64,000 nucleotides of DNA, from NCBI GenBank assembly GCA_900770335.1, contig CAAGKD010000094.1:33789-97788 (forward strand), read 5' to 3'. Shown in pieces: positions 9,982 through 18,657 of the stretch. The notes below the pieces were generated by a model. That model had not been told where the DNA came from. It searched no databases and saw nothing but the letters and a program-made list of their open reading frames with translations. This DNA comes from an uncultured Sutterella sp. Lineage in GTDB: Bacteria; Pseudomonadota; Gammaproteobacteria; Burkholderiales; Burkholderiaceae_F. Each line of letters begins with the position of its first letter. Positions within the stretch are counted from its first letter, which is position 1. The position numbers and the translations under genes were made by a program.

Positions 9982-10629
9982 ATGCTCGAAGCCATCCACT
10001 TCCAATACTTCCTCGGCGGCCTGGTCTCGCTCATCACGATCACCAACCCGCCCTCCAAGATTCCGCTCTTCATCAGCCTCACGCAGGGCATGAGCGAGGA
10101 GCGCCGCATCCAGCAGGCCAACTGGGCCTGGATCTACTCGGCGGCGATCATGCTCGTGTCGCTCGCCTGCGGAAACGTCCTGCTCGCGTTCTTCGGCATC
10201 TCCTACGGCGCGATGCGAATCGCCGGCGGCCTCGTCGTCTCGGCGATCGGCTACCAGATGCTCTTCGGCGGAAGCTCCCCGAACAAGGCTCCGATCGTGC
10301 GCCGCGACCGCGACGACTACGCGTTCTTCCCGATTGCGATGCCCGGCATCGCCGGACCGGGCACGATCGCCGTCGTGATCGGCTTCTCCACGGAGATCGC
10401 CGAGCTCACCGACTACGTCGACATGGCGATCGCCTTCGCCTGGACGGCGCTCGCGATCATCTGCGCCACGGCCGCCTCCTGGTTCGTGATGCGCTACTCG
10501 GACTTCATCTCGAACCGCCTCGGCCCCTCGGGCACGCTTGTGCTCGGCAAGCTCATGGGATTCCTGCTGATCTGCATCGGCGTGCAGTTCGTGGGCTCGG
10601 GCATCCGCACCTTCATCGCGGGGAGCTGA
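9982..10629 (+). CDS. MarC-family (UPF0056) integral membrane protein
   Basis: MLEAIHFQYFLGGLVSLITITNPPSKIPLF and multiple TM segments. Start taken at the internal ATG at 9982, in frame with the longer ORF that begins at 9841. Confidence 0.75.
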   Translation: MLEAIHFQYFLGGLVSLITITNPPSKIPLFISLTQGMSEERRIQQANWAWIYSAAIMLVSLACGNVLLAFFGISYGAMRIAGGLVVSAIGYQMLFGGSSPNKAPIVRRDRDDYAFFPIAMPGIAGPGTIAVVIGFSTEIAELTDYVDMAIAFAWTALAIICATAASWFVMRYSDFISNRLGPSGTLVLGKLMGFLLICIGVQFVGSGIRTFIAGS

Positions 10630-10675
10630 CCGGACCGCGCCCGCCCGCCTGCGGCATCAGGACTTCAGGGCCTCA

Positions 10676-10810
10676 GGCAGGTGAGCGGAACCACCAGCAC
10701 GCCGTCCCTGCGCCGCCAAGCTTGATCTCAATGAGGCCGTATGAGCCATCCTTGCGATGGAGAACGGCGTCGCACTCGAGCCCCGTCTTGTCGCGACAAT
10801 GGAAAAGTTT
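10676..10810 (-). pseudogene. Possible C-terminal relic of a DUF4143/AAA+ ATPase gene
   Basis: The translation KLFHCRDKTGLECDAVLHRKDGSYGLIEIKLGG resembles, from memory, the conserved C-terminal motif of DUF4143 ATPases. There is no upstream ATPase body, and the ORF overlaps the glmS stop. Confidence 0.25.
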
Positions 10811-10971
10811 CGGCTCCCTATTTGGCCGAGCTTTGCCTCCCTGTCTGGCCATCCGCACTTGAAAGTCGAACATGCGGCCGCTCAAGGACGTGAAGCGCCT
10901 TCGGCCGCACCCCCAGAACCCGCCGCTCCGCCGCCTCCGAAACTTCCGAGGGCGGCGGGCGCCGGCCGCGA

Positions 10972-12795
10972 TCATTCGACCGTGACGCTCTTGGCGAGAT
11001 TCCTCGGCTTGTCGACGTCCGTACCGCGCACAAGCGCAGCGTGATAGGCGAGCAACTGCAGCGTCACGACGTGCAGGATGGGCGAGAGCGCGCCGTAGTT
11101 CTCCGGCAGACGGATGACGTGCGTGTGCTCGTCGGGGGTGATGAGGCTGTCGCCGTCGGCGAAGACGTAGAGCTCGCCGCCGCGGGCGCGAACCTCGGCC
11201 ATGTTGCTCTTGAGCTTCTCAAGGAGCTTGTCGTTGGGCGCCACCGTCACGACGGGCATGTTTGCGTCAACGAGCGCGAGGGGACCGTGCTTGAGCTCGC
11301 CAGCCGGATAGGCCTCGGCATGGATGTAGCTGATCTCCTTGAGCTTCAGAGCGCCTTCGAGGGCGATCGGATAGTGCACGCCGCGCCCGAGGAAGAGCGC
11401 ATGCTCCTTCGTGGCGAAGCGCTCGGCCCAGTCCATCACCTGCGGTTCGAGCGCAAGCACCGCGGAGAGGGCCGCGGGCACGTGCCTCAGGGCGCGAAGC
11501 TCCTCGGCCTCGGCCTCGAGGGAGAGGCGGCCGCCAAGCTTGGCGAGCGTGAGAGCGAGCAGGTAGATCGCCGCGAGCTGCGTCGTGAAGGCCTTCGTGG
11601 ATGCGACGCCGATCTCGACGCCCGCCCGCGTGATGTAAGCGAGCCGGCTCTCGCGCACCATCGCGGAGGTCGCGACGTTGCAGATCGTGAGCGTGCGGCG
11701 CATGCCGAGGTCGTCGCGCGCGTGGCGCAGCGCCGAGAGCGTGTCCGCGGTTTCGCCCGACTGCGAGATCGTCACGACGAGCGTGTCCGGATCCGGGACG
11801 GACGTGCGGTAGCGGTACTCGCTTGCAATCTCGACGTCGCAGTGCACGCCCGCGATCGACTCGATCCAGTAGCGCGCGGTGAGCGCGGCGTAGTACGAGG
11901 TGCCGCAGGCGAGAAAGAGCAGGCGCCTCACGCCCGAGAAGACCTCCGCGGCGTCCGAGCCGAAGAGCGTCGGAGTGATGCCTTCGACGCCCTCGAGCGT
12001 CTCGCCGATGGCGCGGGGCTGCTCGAAGATCTCCTTCTGCATGTAGTGGCGGTAGGGGCCGAGGTCGATCGCGCCCGAATAGGTCTGCACGACCCGCACC
12101 TCGCGGGTTACGGGCGTGAAGCCGTCGCCCTCGCGCGCCCAGACGCGGGCGCCGTCGGGCGTGATCTCGCAGACGTCGCCCTCGGCGAGATACATGATGC
12201 GGTCCGTCGCGCCGGCGATCGCCATGGCGTCCGAGGCGGCGAACATCTCGCCCGAGCCCTCCCCCACGACGAGCGGCATGCCGCTGCGCGCAAGGACGAC
12301 CCGACCGGGCTCGTCGCGGCAGACGACCGCGATCGCGTAGCTGCCGCGGAAGGCCTTCACCGAGGTCTTGACGGCCTCGACGAGGTCGCCCCGGTAGTTG
12401 CGGTGGACGAGGTGGGCGATCGCCTCGGAGTCCGTCTGGCTCTCAAAGGCGTAGCCCTCGGCGGCGAGCTCGTCTCGGATGGCCTCGAAGTTCTCGATGA
12501 TGCCGTTGTGCACGACGCCGATCATGCCGTGCGAGAAGTGCGGGTGCGCGTTGCGCACCGCGGGCGCGCCGTGCGTCGCCCAGCGGGTGTGCGCGATGCC
12601 CGTGGGGGCGTCAAGCCCCGCGGCTTCCTCGGCAAGCTGCGCCACGCGCGCGGTCGAGCGCGCGCGCCTGAGCTCTCCGTTCATGACGACGGCGACGCCG
12701 CAGGAGTCATACCCCCGGTACTCGAGGCGCCTCAGTCCCTCAAGCAGCAGCGGGACGATGTTCCGGCGGCTTGCGGCCGCGACGATTCCACACAT
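10972..12795 (-). CDS. glmS: Glutamine--fructose-6-phosphate aminotransferase
   Basis: MCGIV N-terminus with catalytic Cys2; two SIS domains; C-terminal KSVTVE; 607 aa. Confidence 0.95.
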   Translation of the reverse strand: MCGIVAAASRRNIVPLLLEGLRRLEYRGYDSCGVAVVMNGELRRARSTARVAQLAEEAAGLDAPTGIAHTRWATHGAPAVRNAHPHFSHGMIGVVHNGIIENFEAIRDELAAEGYAFESQTDSEAIAHLVHRNYRGDLVEAVKTSVKAFRGSYAIAVVCRDEPGRVVLARSGMPLVVGEGSGEMFAASDAMAIAGATDRIMYLAEGDVCEITPDGARVWAREGDGFTPVTREVRVVQTYSGAIDLGPYRHYMQKEIFEQPRAIGETLEGVEGITPTLFGSDAAEVFSGVRRLLFLACGTSYYAALTARYWIESIAGVHCDVEIASEYRYRTSVPDPDTLVVTISQSGETADTLSALRHARDDLGMRRTLTICNVATSAMVRESRLAYITRAGVEIGVASTKAFTTQLAAIYLLALTLAKLGGRLSLEAEAEELRALRHVPAALSAVLALEPQVMDWAERFATKEHALFLGRGVHYPIALEGALKLKEISYIHAEAYPAGELKHGPLALVDANMPVVTVAPNDKLLEKLKSNMAEVRARGGELYVFADGDSLITPDEHTHVIRLPENYGALSPILHVVTLQLLAYHAALVRGTDVDKPRNLAKSVTVE

Positions 12796-12808
12796 TCTTC
12801 GGATTCCT

Positions 12809-14170
12809 TCATTTCTTCACGGGGCGCGTCCAGCCCTCGATCGTGGTCTGGCGCGAGCGCGCGAGCGTGAGCATGTTCTCCGGGGCGCGGCGGGTGATGG
12901 TGCTGCCCGCGCCGATCGTGGCACCCGCGCCGATCTCGACGGGCGCGACGAGCTCGGTGCCCGAGCCGATGAAGGCGTCGTCGCCGATTCTCGTGCGGAA
13001 CTTGTTCACACCGTCGTAGTTGCAGGTGATCGTGCCCGCGCCCACGTTGACGCGCGCACCCACGTCGGCGTCGCCGATGTAGGTGAGATGGTTGATCTTC
13101 GTGCCCGCGCCGACGGTCGACTTCTTCACCTCGACGAAGTTGCCGATGTGATTCCCACCGGCGAGCTCGGCGCCCGGCCTCAGGCGCGAGTAGGGGCCGA
13201 TGCAGCCGGCTGCTCCGATCCGCGCCCCCTCGATGTGGCAGAAGGGCAGGATCTCGACGTCCTCGTCGACCTGCGCGTCGCGCAGCACGCAGTTCGCGCC
13301 CACGCGCACGCCGTCGGCGAGCCGCACGCGGCCTTCGAAGACGCAGTTGACGTCGATCGAGACGTCGCGCCCGCACTCGAGCGAGCCGCGGATGTCGATC
13401 CGCTCCGGATCGGCGAGCGTGACGCCCGCTTCAAGAAGTCGCCGCGCGAGCTCGCGCTGCCACTCGCGCTCGAGCGCGGCGAGCTGAACCTTGGAGTTGA
13501 CACCCTCAACCTCGCGCACGCTCCCCGGGCGGACCGTCGTGATCCGCGCGCCCTCGCGGGCCGCGAGTCCGATGACGTCCGTGAGGTAGTACTCGCCCTG
13601 GGCGTTGCCGGCGGTGAGCGCCGAGAGCCAGGTCTCGAGCCGCTCGGTCGGCAGGCACATGATGCCGGTGTTCACCTCGCGGATGCGACGCTCCTCGGGC
13701 GTCGCGTCCTTCTCCTCGACGATGCCGAGGACGGCGCCCTCGGCGTCGCGCAGGATGCGGCCGTACCCGGTCGGATTCTCGAGGTCGACGGTGAGGAGGA
13801 CGAGGTCCGCCTCCCGGGCCGCCTCGCGGATCCGCTCGATCGTCTCGCGCGCGAGAAGCGGCACGTCGCCGAGGCACACGAGCGTGCGCGGATCGGACAT
13901 GTCGAGCGCGGGAAGGGCCTGGCGCAGGGCGTGGCCCGTTCCGAGCTGCGGCTCCTGCAGGGCGAACGCCACGTCGCTTCGACCGGCAAGATGCGCCTTC
14001 ACGTCGCCGGCGCCGTGGCCGACGACGATGACCCGCGGCGAGTCCGAGAACCCTTCGGTCGCATCAAGGACGTGGTCAAGCATGGGGCGCCCGGCCAGGG
14101 GCTGAAGCACTTTGGGCAGGCGCGAGCGCATGCGCTTGCCCATGCCCGCGGCGAGAATGACGATGTTCAT
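12809..14170 (-). CDS. glmU: Bifunctional UDP-N-acetylglucosamine pyrophosphorylase / glucosamine-1-phosphate N-acetyltransferase
   Basis: [30 protein letters not shown] with a C-terminal left-handed beta-helix hexapeptide region. The ATG at 14170 is chosen as start over the upstream extension. Confidence 0.9.
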   Translation of the reverse strand: MNIVILAAGMGKRMRSRLPKVLQPLAGRPMLDHVLDATEGFSDSPRVIVVGHGAGDVKAHLAGRSDVAFALQEPQLGTGHALRQALPALDMSDPRTLVCLGDVPLLARETIERIREAAREADLVLLTVDLENPTGYGRILRDAEGAVLGIVEEKDATPEERRIREVNTGIMCLPTERLETWLSALTAGNAQGEYYLTDVIGLAAREGARITTVRPGSVREVEGVNSKVQLAALEREWQRELARRLLEAGVTLADPERIDIRGSLECGRDVSIDVNCVFEGRVRLADGVRVGANCVLRDAQVDEDVEILPFCHIEGARIGAAGCIGPYSRLRPGAELAGGNHIGNFVEVKKSTVGAGTKINHLTYIGDADVGARVNVGAGTITCNYDGVNKFRTRIGDDAFIGSGTELVAPVEIGAGATIGAGSTITRRAPENMLTLARSRQTTIEGWTRPVKK

Positions 14171-14225
14171 CTTTGTCTGAAGCGAAAAGCGCCGCGCCGG
14201 CGGGGATGCCGGCGCAAAGATGAAC

Positions 14226-14270
14226 AAAATTGTAAGAGAAGAGGCTCCGCATCCGCGGAGCCTCTTTCAT
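14226..14270 (-). terminator. Rho-independent terminator downstream of the SSS transporter gene
   Basis: Stem gaggctccgc/gcggagcctc with an atcc loop, followed by a T-rich tract on the minus strand. Confidence 0.5.
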
Positions 14271-14332
14271 TTGGTTGCCTTGAGATCCGTCCTCACGAGG
14301 CCTCACCGCTCGGGCGAGTCCTCGGGATCCCT

Positions 14333-15847
14333 TCAGGCCGAGGCGCTCACCGGCGTGACGGCGGGAACCGGGCTTTCGGAGGCCGCGTCCTCGTCGTCGG
14401 GGCGGCGCATCGTGCAGCGGCTGCGCTCCTCGAGGAAACGCTTGTTGTCCGCCGTCGGCAGCAGGGAGCCGGCGACCATGCCGAAGCCCGCGGCGATGAA
14501 GCCGCCGAGAACGTTCGGGAAGACCTCGCCCGCGGCGGTCCAGGTGAGGAACACCCAGACGGCGCTGCCCATGAGGATCGAGACGAAGCAGCCCTGCCGC
14601 GTCGCCTTCCTCCAGTAGAGCCCGCAGACGAGCGGCCAGAACGCACCGACGACGGGGAACTGGTAGGCCATGGCGACCATGTCGTAGATCGGAGCGCCTT
14701 CAAGAGCGATCGAGTAGCAGAGCACCATGACGGCGAAGCAGGCGACCGTGGCGCGCATCGCGAGAAGCATGTGGCGGTCCTCGATGCGGGCAAAGTGGCG
14801 CAGCACGTTCTCGACGAAGATCGTCGACGGGGCGAGCATCGTGGCCGAGGCCGTGGACATCACCGCCGAGAGCACGGCGCCGAAGAAGAGTACGCGCAGC
14901 CACATCGGCATGTAGTCGCGAACGAGCGTCGGCAGGAGTTGCTGAGGATCCTCGGCGAGCATCTTCTGCGCGACCTCGGGCATGACGAGCACGGCGGCGA
15001 CGACGATGAACATCGGCACGAACGCGAAGAGGATGTAGAACGACCCGCCGATGATCGGGCCGGCGACGGCCGTCTGGACGTTCTTGGCGGACATGACGCG
15101 CTGGAAGACGTCCTGCTGCGGGATCGAGCCGATCATCATCGTCATGGCCGACGAGATCCAGAAGAGCCAGCCTGAAGTCGTCTGCTCGGGAAGCGCGTGG
15201 AAGAGGTCCTTGCCGCGGGCGTACTCGACGACGTTGCCGAAGCCCCCGGCGAGGTCCGAGGCGAACCAGAGGATCGCGACAAGGCCGAGCACGATGATGA
15301 TCATCTGCACGAAGTCCGTCACGGCGACCGACCACATGCCGCCGATCATCGTGTAGGCGAGAACGATGCACGCGCCGATCACCATGCCTGCGGTCATGGA
15401 GATCGCGCCCTCGGTGATGAGGTTGATGACGAGGCCGAGAGCCGTCACCTGGGCGCCCACCCAGCCGAGGTACGAAAGGACGATCGCAACCGAGCAGAGC
15501 AGCTCGACGCCCCTGCCGTAGCGGTCGCGGTAGTAGTCGCCGAGCGTGAGGATCTTCTGCTTGTAGAGCTTCTGCGCGAAGAAGGTGCCCACGAGGACAA
15601 GCGCCATGCCCGAGCCGAAGGGCTCCTCGATGACGCCTGCGATGCCGCTTTCGATGAAGCGCCCGGGCAGGCCGAGGATGGTCTCGGAGCCGAACCAGGT
15701 GGCGAAGGTCGCGGTGATGACCATCGGAAGGGGAAGGCTGCGGCCGGCGAGGGCGAAATCGCTCGTGCTCTTGACGCGCGTGGCGGCCCAAACGCCGATT
15801 CCGACGGTGGCGGCAAGATAGAGCAGAACAAAACCAGTCAGCGTCAT
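14333..15847 (-). CDS. Sodium:solute symporter (SSS) family transporter; substrate unknown (PutP/PanF-like)
   Basis: 504 aa with about 13 TM segments. N-terminal SSS signature SDFALAGRSLPLPMVITATFATWFGSETILGLPG. Confidence 0.8.
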   Translation of the reverse strand: MTLTGFVLLYLAATVGIGVWAATRVKSTSDFALAGRSLPLPMVITATFATWFGSETILGLPGRFIESGIAGVIEEPFGSGMALVLVGTFFAQKLYKQKILTLGDYYRDRYGRGVELLCSVAIVLSYLGWVGAQVTALGLVINLITEGAISMTAGMVIGACIVLAYTMIGGMWSVAVTDFVQMIIIVLGLVAILWFASDLAGGFGNVVEYARGKDLFHALPEQTTSGWLFWISSAMTMMIGSIPQQDVFQRVMSAKNVQTAVAGPIIGGSFYILFAFVPMFIVVAAVLVMPEVAQKMLAEDPQQLLPTLVRDYMPMWLRVLFFGAVLSAVMSTASATMLAPSTIFVENVLRHFARIEDRHMLLAMRATVACFAVMVLCYSIALEGAPIYDMVAMAYQFPVVGAFWPLVCGLYWRKATRQGCFVSILMGSAVWVFLTWTAAGEVFPNVLGGFIAAGFGMVAGSLLPTADNKRFLEERSRCTMRRPDDEDAASESPVPAVTPVSASA

Positions 15848-16153
15848 CTCTGTTGTCCTTGTTAAAAACGACGTTGAGCGGAAAAACCGCTTGGAGCAGT
15901 TGTTTGACGGCGCGAATTGTAGGAATCAACGCCCCCGGAGCACCCCCCCGGGGTGAAGTTTTTGCCCCTCGCCCCCCTCAATCGGGCAATGTTTCATCGA
16001 AATCAAGAAAAGCCCCCCTTCCGGGCATTCCCCTTTGTAGGCATGTTCCAAGGAGCCTGCCTCCTCCGGATGAATTATCCATCATCCAACAATTTGATTT
16101 AAAAGATTTTTTATGGATATCCGACGAGGACCGGCTCCCCCTTACCGCAGGCA

Positions 16154-16182
16154 TAAAAAAAGCGCCCGAAGGCGCTTTCTTC
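16154..16182 (-). terminator. Rho-independent terminator after the Tim44-like gene (bidirectional-capable)
   Basis: aaaaaaagcgcccgaaggcgctttctt: a GC stem with a cgaa loop, flanked by an A-run and a T-run. Confidence 0.65.
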
Positions 16183-16236
16183 AACTGGCCGAACGGCCGC
16201 GGATCCTGCGAATCCGGGCCGTCGATTCCGTCAGCT

Positions 16237-17265
16237 TCAGGCGGCCGGACCGTTCTGGCGAATGCCGCAGAGCAGCCACCCGCCCTCGCCCGCCTCGGGC
16301 TTCCTGAGGATCCAGGTCTCGTCGAGCGTCTCGGCCTCTCCGTTGATCTCGAGCTCGCCCTCGAAACGCACGCTCGCGAAGTAGGCGCCGCCCTCGAGCG
16401 CGATGCCGAGGAGCTCGTTCTCAAGGCGCTTGACGACGGTGTGGTAGACCTCGCCCTTGCGCTCGCGCAGCTGGTGCGTGACGGCGGTGAAGAGGTCGTT
16501 GTCAGTGAAGTCGGAGATCTCGATCACGTTGCCCGTGTCCCAGGCCTTCTGAAGCTTGACGTAGTTCTCGCGGGCGGTGCGCAGGAACCCCTCGCGGTCG
16601 AAGTCCGCGGGCGTGACGTCGACCGGCCCCTCCTGGGCCGCTTCGGCGGCCGGCGCCGCGGCGCCGCCCATGAACTGATCCATCACGCTGCCCGAACGAG
16701 CGCCTTGAGCGCCCGCGGCGCCGCTCTGCCGCCAGGAGGGGGCGGCGGACGCCTCGCGTGCGGCGACGGGCTCCTCGGGACGGCTCTGCTCCCTGGACGC
16801 GGCCCAGGGATCGGCCTGGGCGGTCTGCCCGGCCTGGGCGCCTGCGGTCTGCATGCGGCGGCGCGCAAAGTAGCCGAGGAGCACGCTCACGGCGAAGAAC
16901 GCCACGACGGCGAGAAGAAGACCCGTGACCATGCTCGCAATGCCCGACCCGGACAAGCCGAAGAGCGAGAGCAGCGCCGAGATGCCGAGCGCGGCGGCAA
17001 TGCCGCCGAGGATGCTGCGCATCATCGAGGGCTTCTGCACGGGCGCGGGGGCGACGGCGGGCTTGGGCGCGCTCTGCGAGGGCTGCGCCTTGGGCTGGGC
17101 CTGGGGCCGCGGAGCGGCGGCCGGCGCCGCAGGCGCCTTCTGAGAGAACGTCGGGGCGGGACCGCCGAGGTTCATGCCGCCGCCAAAGCGCTTCGCGGCC
17201 TCCGCGTCAACGGAGGCGCATGCGAGCGTGACGCAGACGGCGAGAACGGCGAGGAGATTCTTCAT
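16237..17265 (-). CDS. Tim44-like domain protein, the betaproteobacterial UbiE-associated protein
   Basis: Signal/TM N-terminus, Ala/Pro-rich low-complexity middle, and a C-terminal Tim44-like domain (FDREGFLRTARENYVKLQKAWDTG...). Lies immediately upstream of ubiE, as in Neisseria and Burkholderia. Confidence 0.7.
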   Translation of the reverse strand: MKNLLAVLAVCVTLACASVDAEAAKRFGGGMNLGGPAPTFSQKAPAAPAAAPRPQAQPKAQPSQSAPKPAVAPAPVQKPSMMRSILGGIAAALGISALLSLFGLSGSGIASMVTGLLLAVVAFFAVSVLLGYFARRRMQTAGAQAGQTAQADPWAASREQSRPEEPVAAREASAAPSWRQSGAAGAQGARSGSVMDQFMGGAAAPAAEAAQEGPVDVTPADFDREGFLRTARENYVKLQKAWDTGNVIEISDFTDNDLFTAVTHQLRERKGEVYHTVVKRLENELLGIALEGGAYFASVRFEGELEINGEAETLDETWILRKPEAGEGGWLLCGIRQNGPAA

Positions 17266-17285
17266 TGCTTGGGTCCTTTTCTGGC

Positions 17286-18059
17286 TCAGCCCTTCCTAGC
17301 GGGCTTCGTGCCGATGTGAAGCGCACAGACGCCGAAGGTCAGGTTGTGCCACCTGACGTCGTCGAATCCGGCGTCCCGCATGAGGCCGGCGAACGTCGGC
17401 TGGTCGGGATGCATTCGGATCGACTCGGCGAGATATCTGTAGGAGCTGGCGTCCGAGGCTATCAGACCTCCGAGCCAGGGCATGAAGTGGAACGAGTAAA
17501 AGTCGTAAAAGGGCTTTACGAACCCGACGCACTTCGAAAACTCGAGAACGAGAAGCCTTCCGCCCGGCCGGAGGACCCGGAGCATCTCCGAGAGCGCGCG
17601 ATCCTTGTGCGTCATGTTGCGGATGCCGAAGGACACCGTGACGACGTCGAAGGCGTCGTCCTCGAAGGGCAGCCGCTCGGCGTCGGCCTGGACCACGTCG
17701 CAGTCGAGCCCGCGCTCGACGAGGCGGCCGCGCCCGTAGGCGAGCATCTCGCGGTTGATGTCCGTCGCCGTCACGCTCCGCGCGCCGGCGAGCTTCGCAA
17801 AGGCGATGGCGAGGTCGCACGTGCCGCTCGCGATGTCGAGGACGCGCGTTCCCTGACGCACGTTCGCCTCGGCGATGCAGCGGCGCTTCCAGAGCCTGTG
17901 CATGCCGAAGCTCAGGAGGTCGTTCATGAGGTCGTACTTGCGCGCAACGCTGTCAAAGACCTCGCGGACGCGCTCCTCCTTCTCGCTCTCGCGGACGTGG
18001 CTGTAGCCGAAGTCGATCTCACGATCCGCCGCGCTCTTGCGCTCGTTGCTCTTCGTCAC
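17286..18059 (-). CDS. ubiE: Ubiquinone/menaquinone biosynthesis C-methyltransferase
   Basis: N-terminal UbiE signature ...VREVFDSVARKYDLMNDLLSFGMHRLWKRR, and SAM-binding motif VLDIASGTCD. Confidence 0.9.
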   Translation of the reverse strand: MTKSNERKSAADREIDFGYSHVRESEKEERVREVFDSVARKYDLMNDLLSFGMHRLWKRRCIAEANVRQGTRVLDIASGTCDLAIAFAKLAGARSVTATDINREMLAYGRGRLVERGLDCDVVQADAERLPFEDDAFDVVTVSFGIRNMTHKDRALSEMLRVLRPGGRLLVLEFSKCVGFVKPFYDFYSFHFMPWLGGLIASDASSYRYLAESIRMHPDQPTFAGLMRDAGFDDVRWHNLTFGVCALHIGTKPARKG

Positions 18060-18077
18060 CGTTCTCTCCTTGTCCGG

Positions 18078-18491
18078 TCAGTGTCCGCAGCTCTTCTTCG
18101 GATGCATCTTCGCGAGGAAGGGGGCGTTTGCCGGATCCTTCGGATCGCGCGACGCGCCGGCCTCGGCAAGCTCGTCGAGATAGGCGCTCCAGAGCGCGTC
18201 CTTCCTCTCGCCGAGCGTCTCAAGGTAGTCCCAGCTGTAGAGGCCCGAGTCATGCCCGTCGTCGAAGATCAGGCGCAGGGCGTACTGTCCGACGGGCTCA
18301 ACGCCCTTGAGGCTCACGTCGCGGCAGCCGACCTGCAGCACGGCCTCGGAGGGCGAATGCCCCTGCACCTCGGCCGAGGGCGAAAGCACGCGGAGGAATT
18401 CGAAGGGCAGGACGGCGCGCGCGCCGTCTTCATAGACAAGCTCGAGCGTCCTCGCCTTCTGGTGGACGAGCACTTCGACGGGTACTTTCAT
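18078..18491 (-). CDS. DUF971 (gamma-butyrobetaine hydroxylase-like N-terminal domain) protein
   Basis: MKVPVEVLVHQKARTLELVYEDGARAVLPFEFLRVLSPSAE...LYSWDYL. Internal ATG at 18491 chosen; the upstream extension is Arg-rich junk. Confidence 0.65.
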   Translation of the reverse strand: MKVPVEVLVHQKARTLELVYEDGARAVLPFEFLRVLSPSAEVQGHSPSEAVLQVGCRDVSLKGVEPVGQYALRLIFDDGHDSGLYSWDYLETLGERKDALWSAYLDELAEAGASRDPKDPANAPFLAKMHPKKSCGH

Positions 18492-18560
18492 GGATGTGCA
18501 GCCTGAGGATGAAAAAAATCCCGCGCCGACGGATTCGACACGGGACCGCATGAAATTCTG

Positions 18561-18635
18561 TGGTCCTCGCGTCAGGAATCGAACCTGAACCACGGCCTTC
18601 GGAGGGCCGTATGATATCCATTTCACCACGCGAGG
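18561..18635 (-). tRNA. tRNA-Arg (anticodon CCG)
   Basis: Hand-folded cloverleaf: 7-bp acceptor stem CCTCGCG/CGCGAGG, discriminator A, D-loop with GG, anticodon stem CGGCC/GGCCG with loop CUCCGAA (anticodon CCG), T-stem TCAGG/CCTGA with loop TTCGATT. The genomic copy appears to encode CCA. Confidence 0.8.
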
Positions 18636-18657
18636 AAGGCTTCTGATTATACAGAAC

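Noticed and set aside
9837-10862. A 341-aa plus-strand ORF overlapping the MarC gene in another frame
   Set aside because: The Arg/Pro/His-rich product is nonsense. The in-frame MarC reading (9982-10629) has clear membrane-protein character.
10972-12795. A possible glmS ribozyme or leader upstream of glmS
   Set aside because: The glmS ribozyme is confined to Gram-positives. The glmU-glmS junction here is 13 bp with no room for one, consistent with co-transcription.
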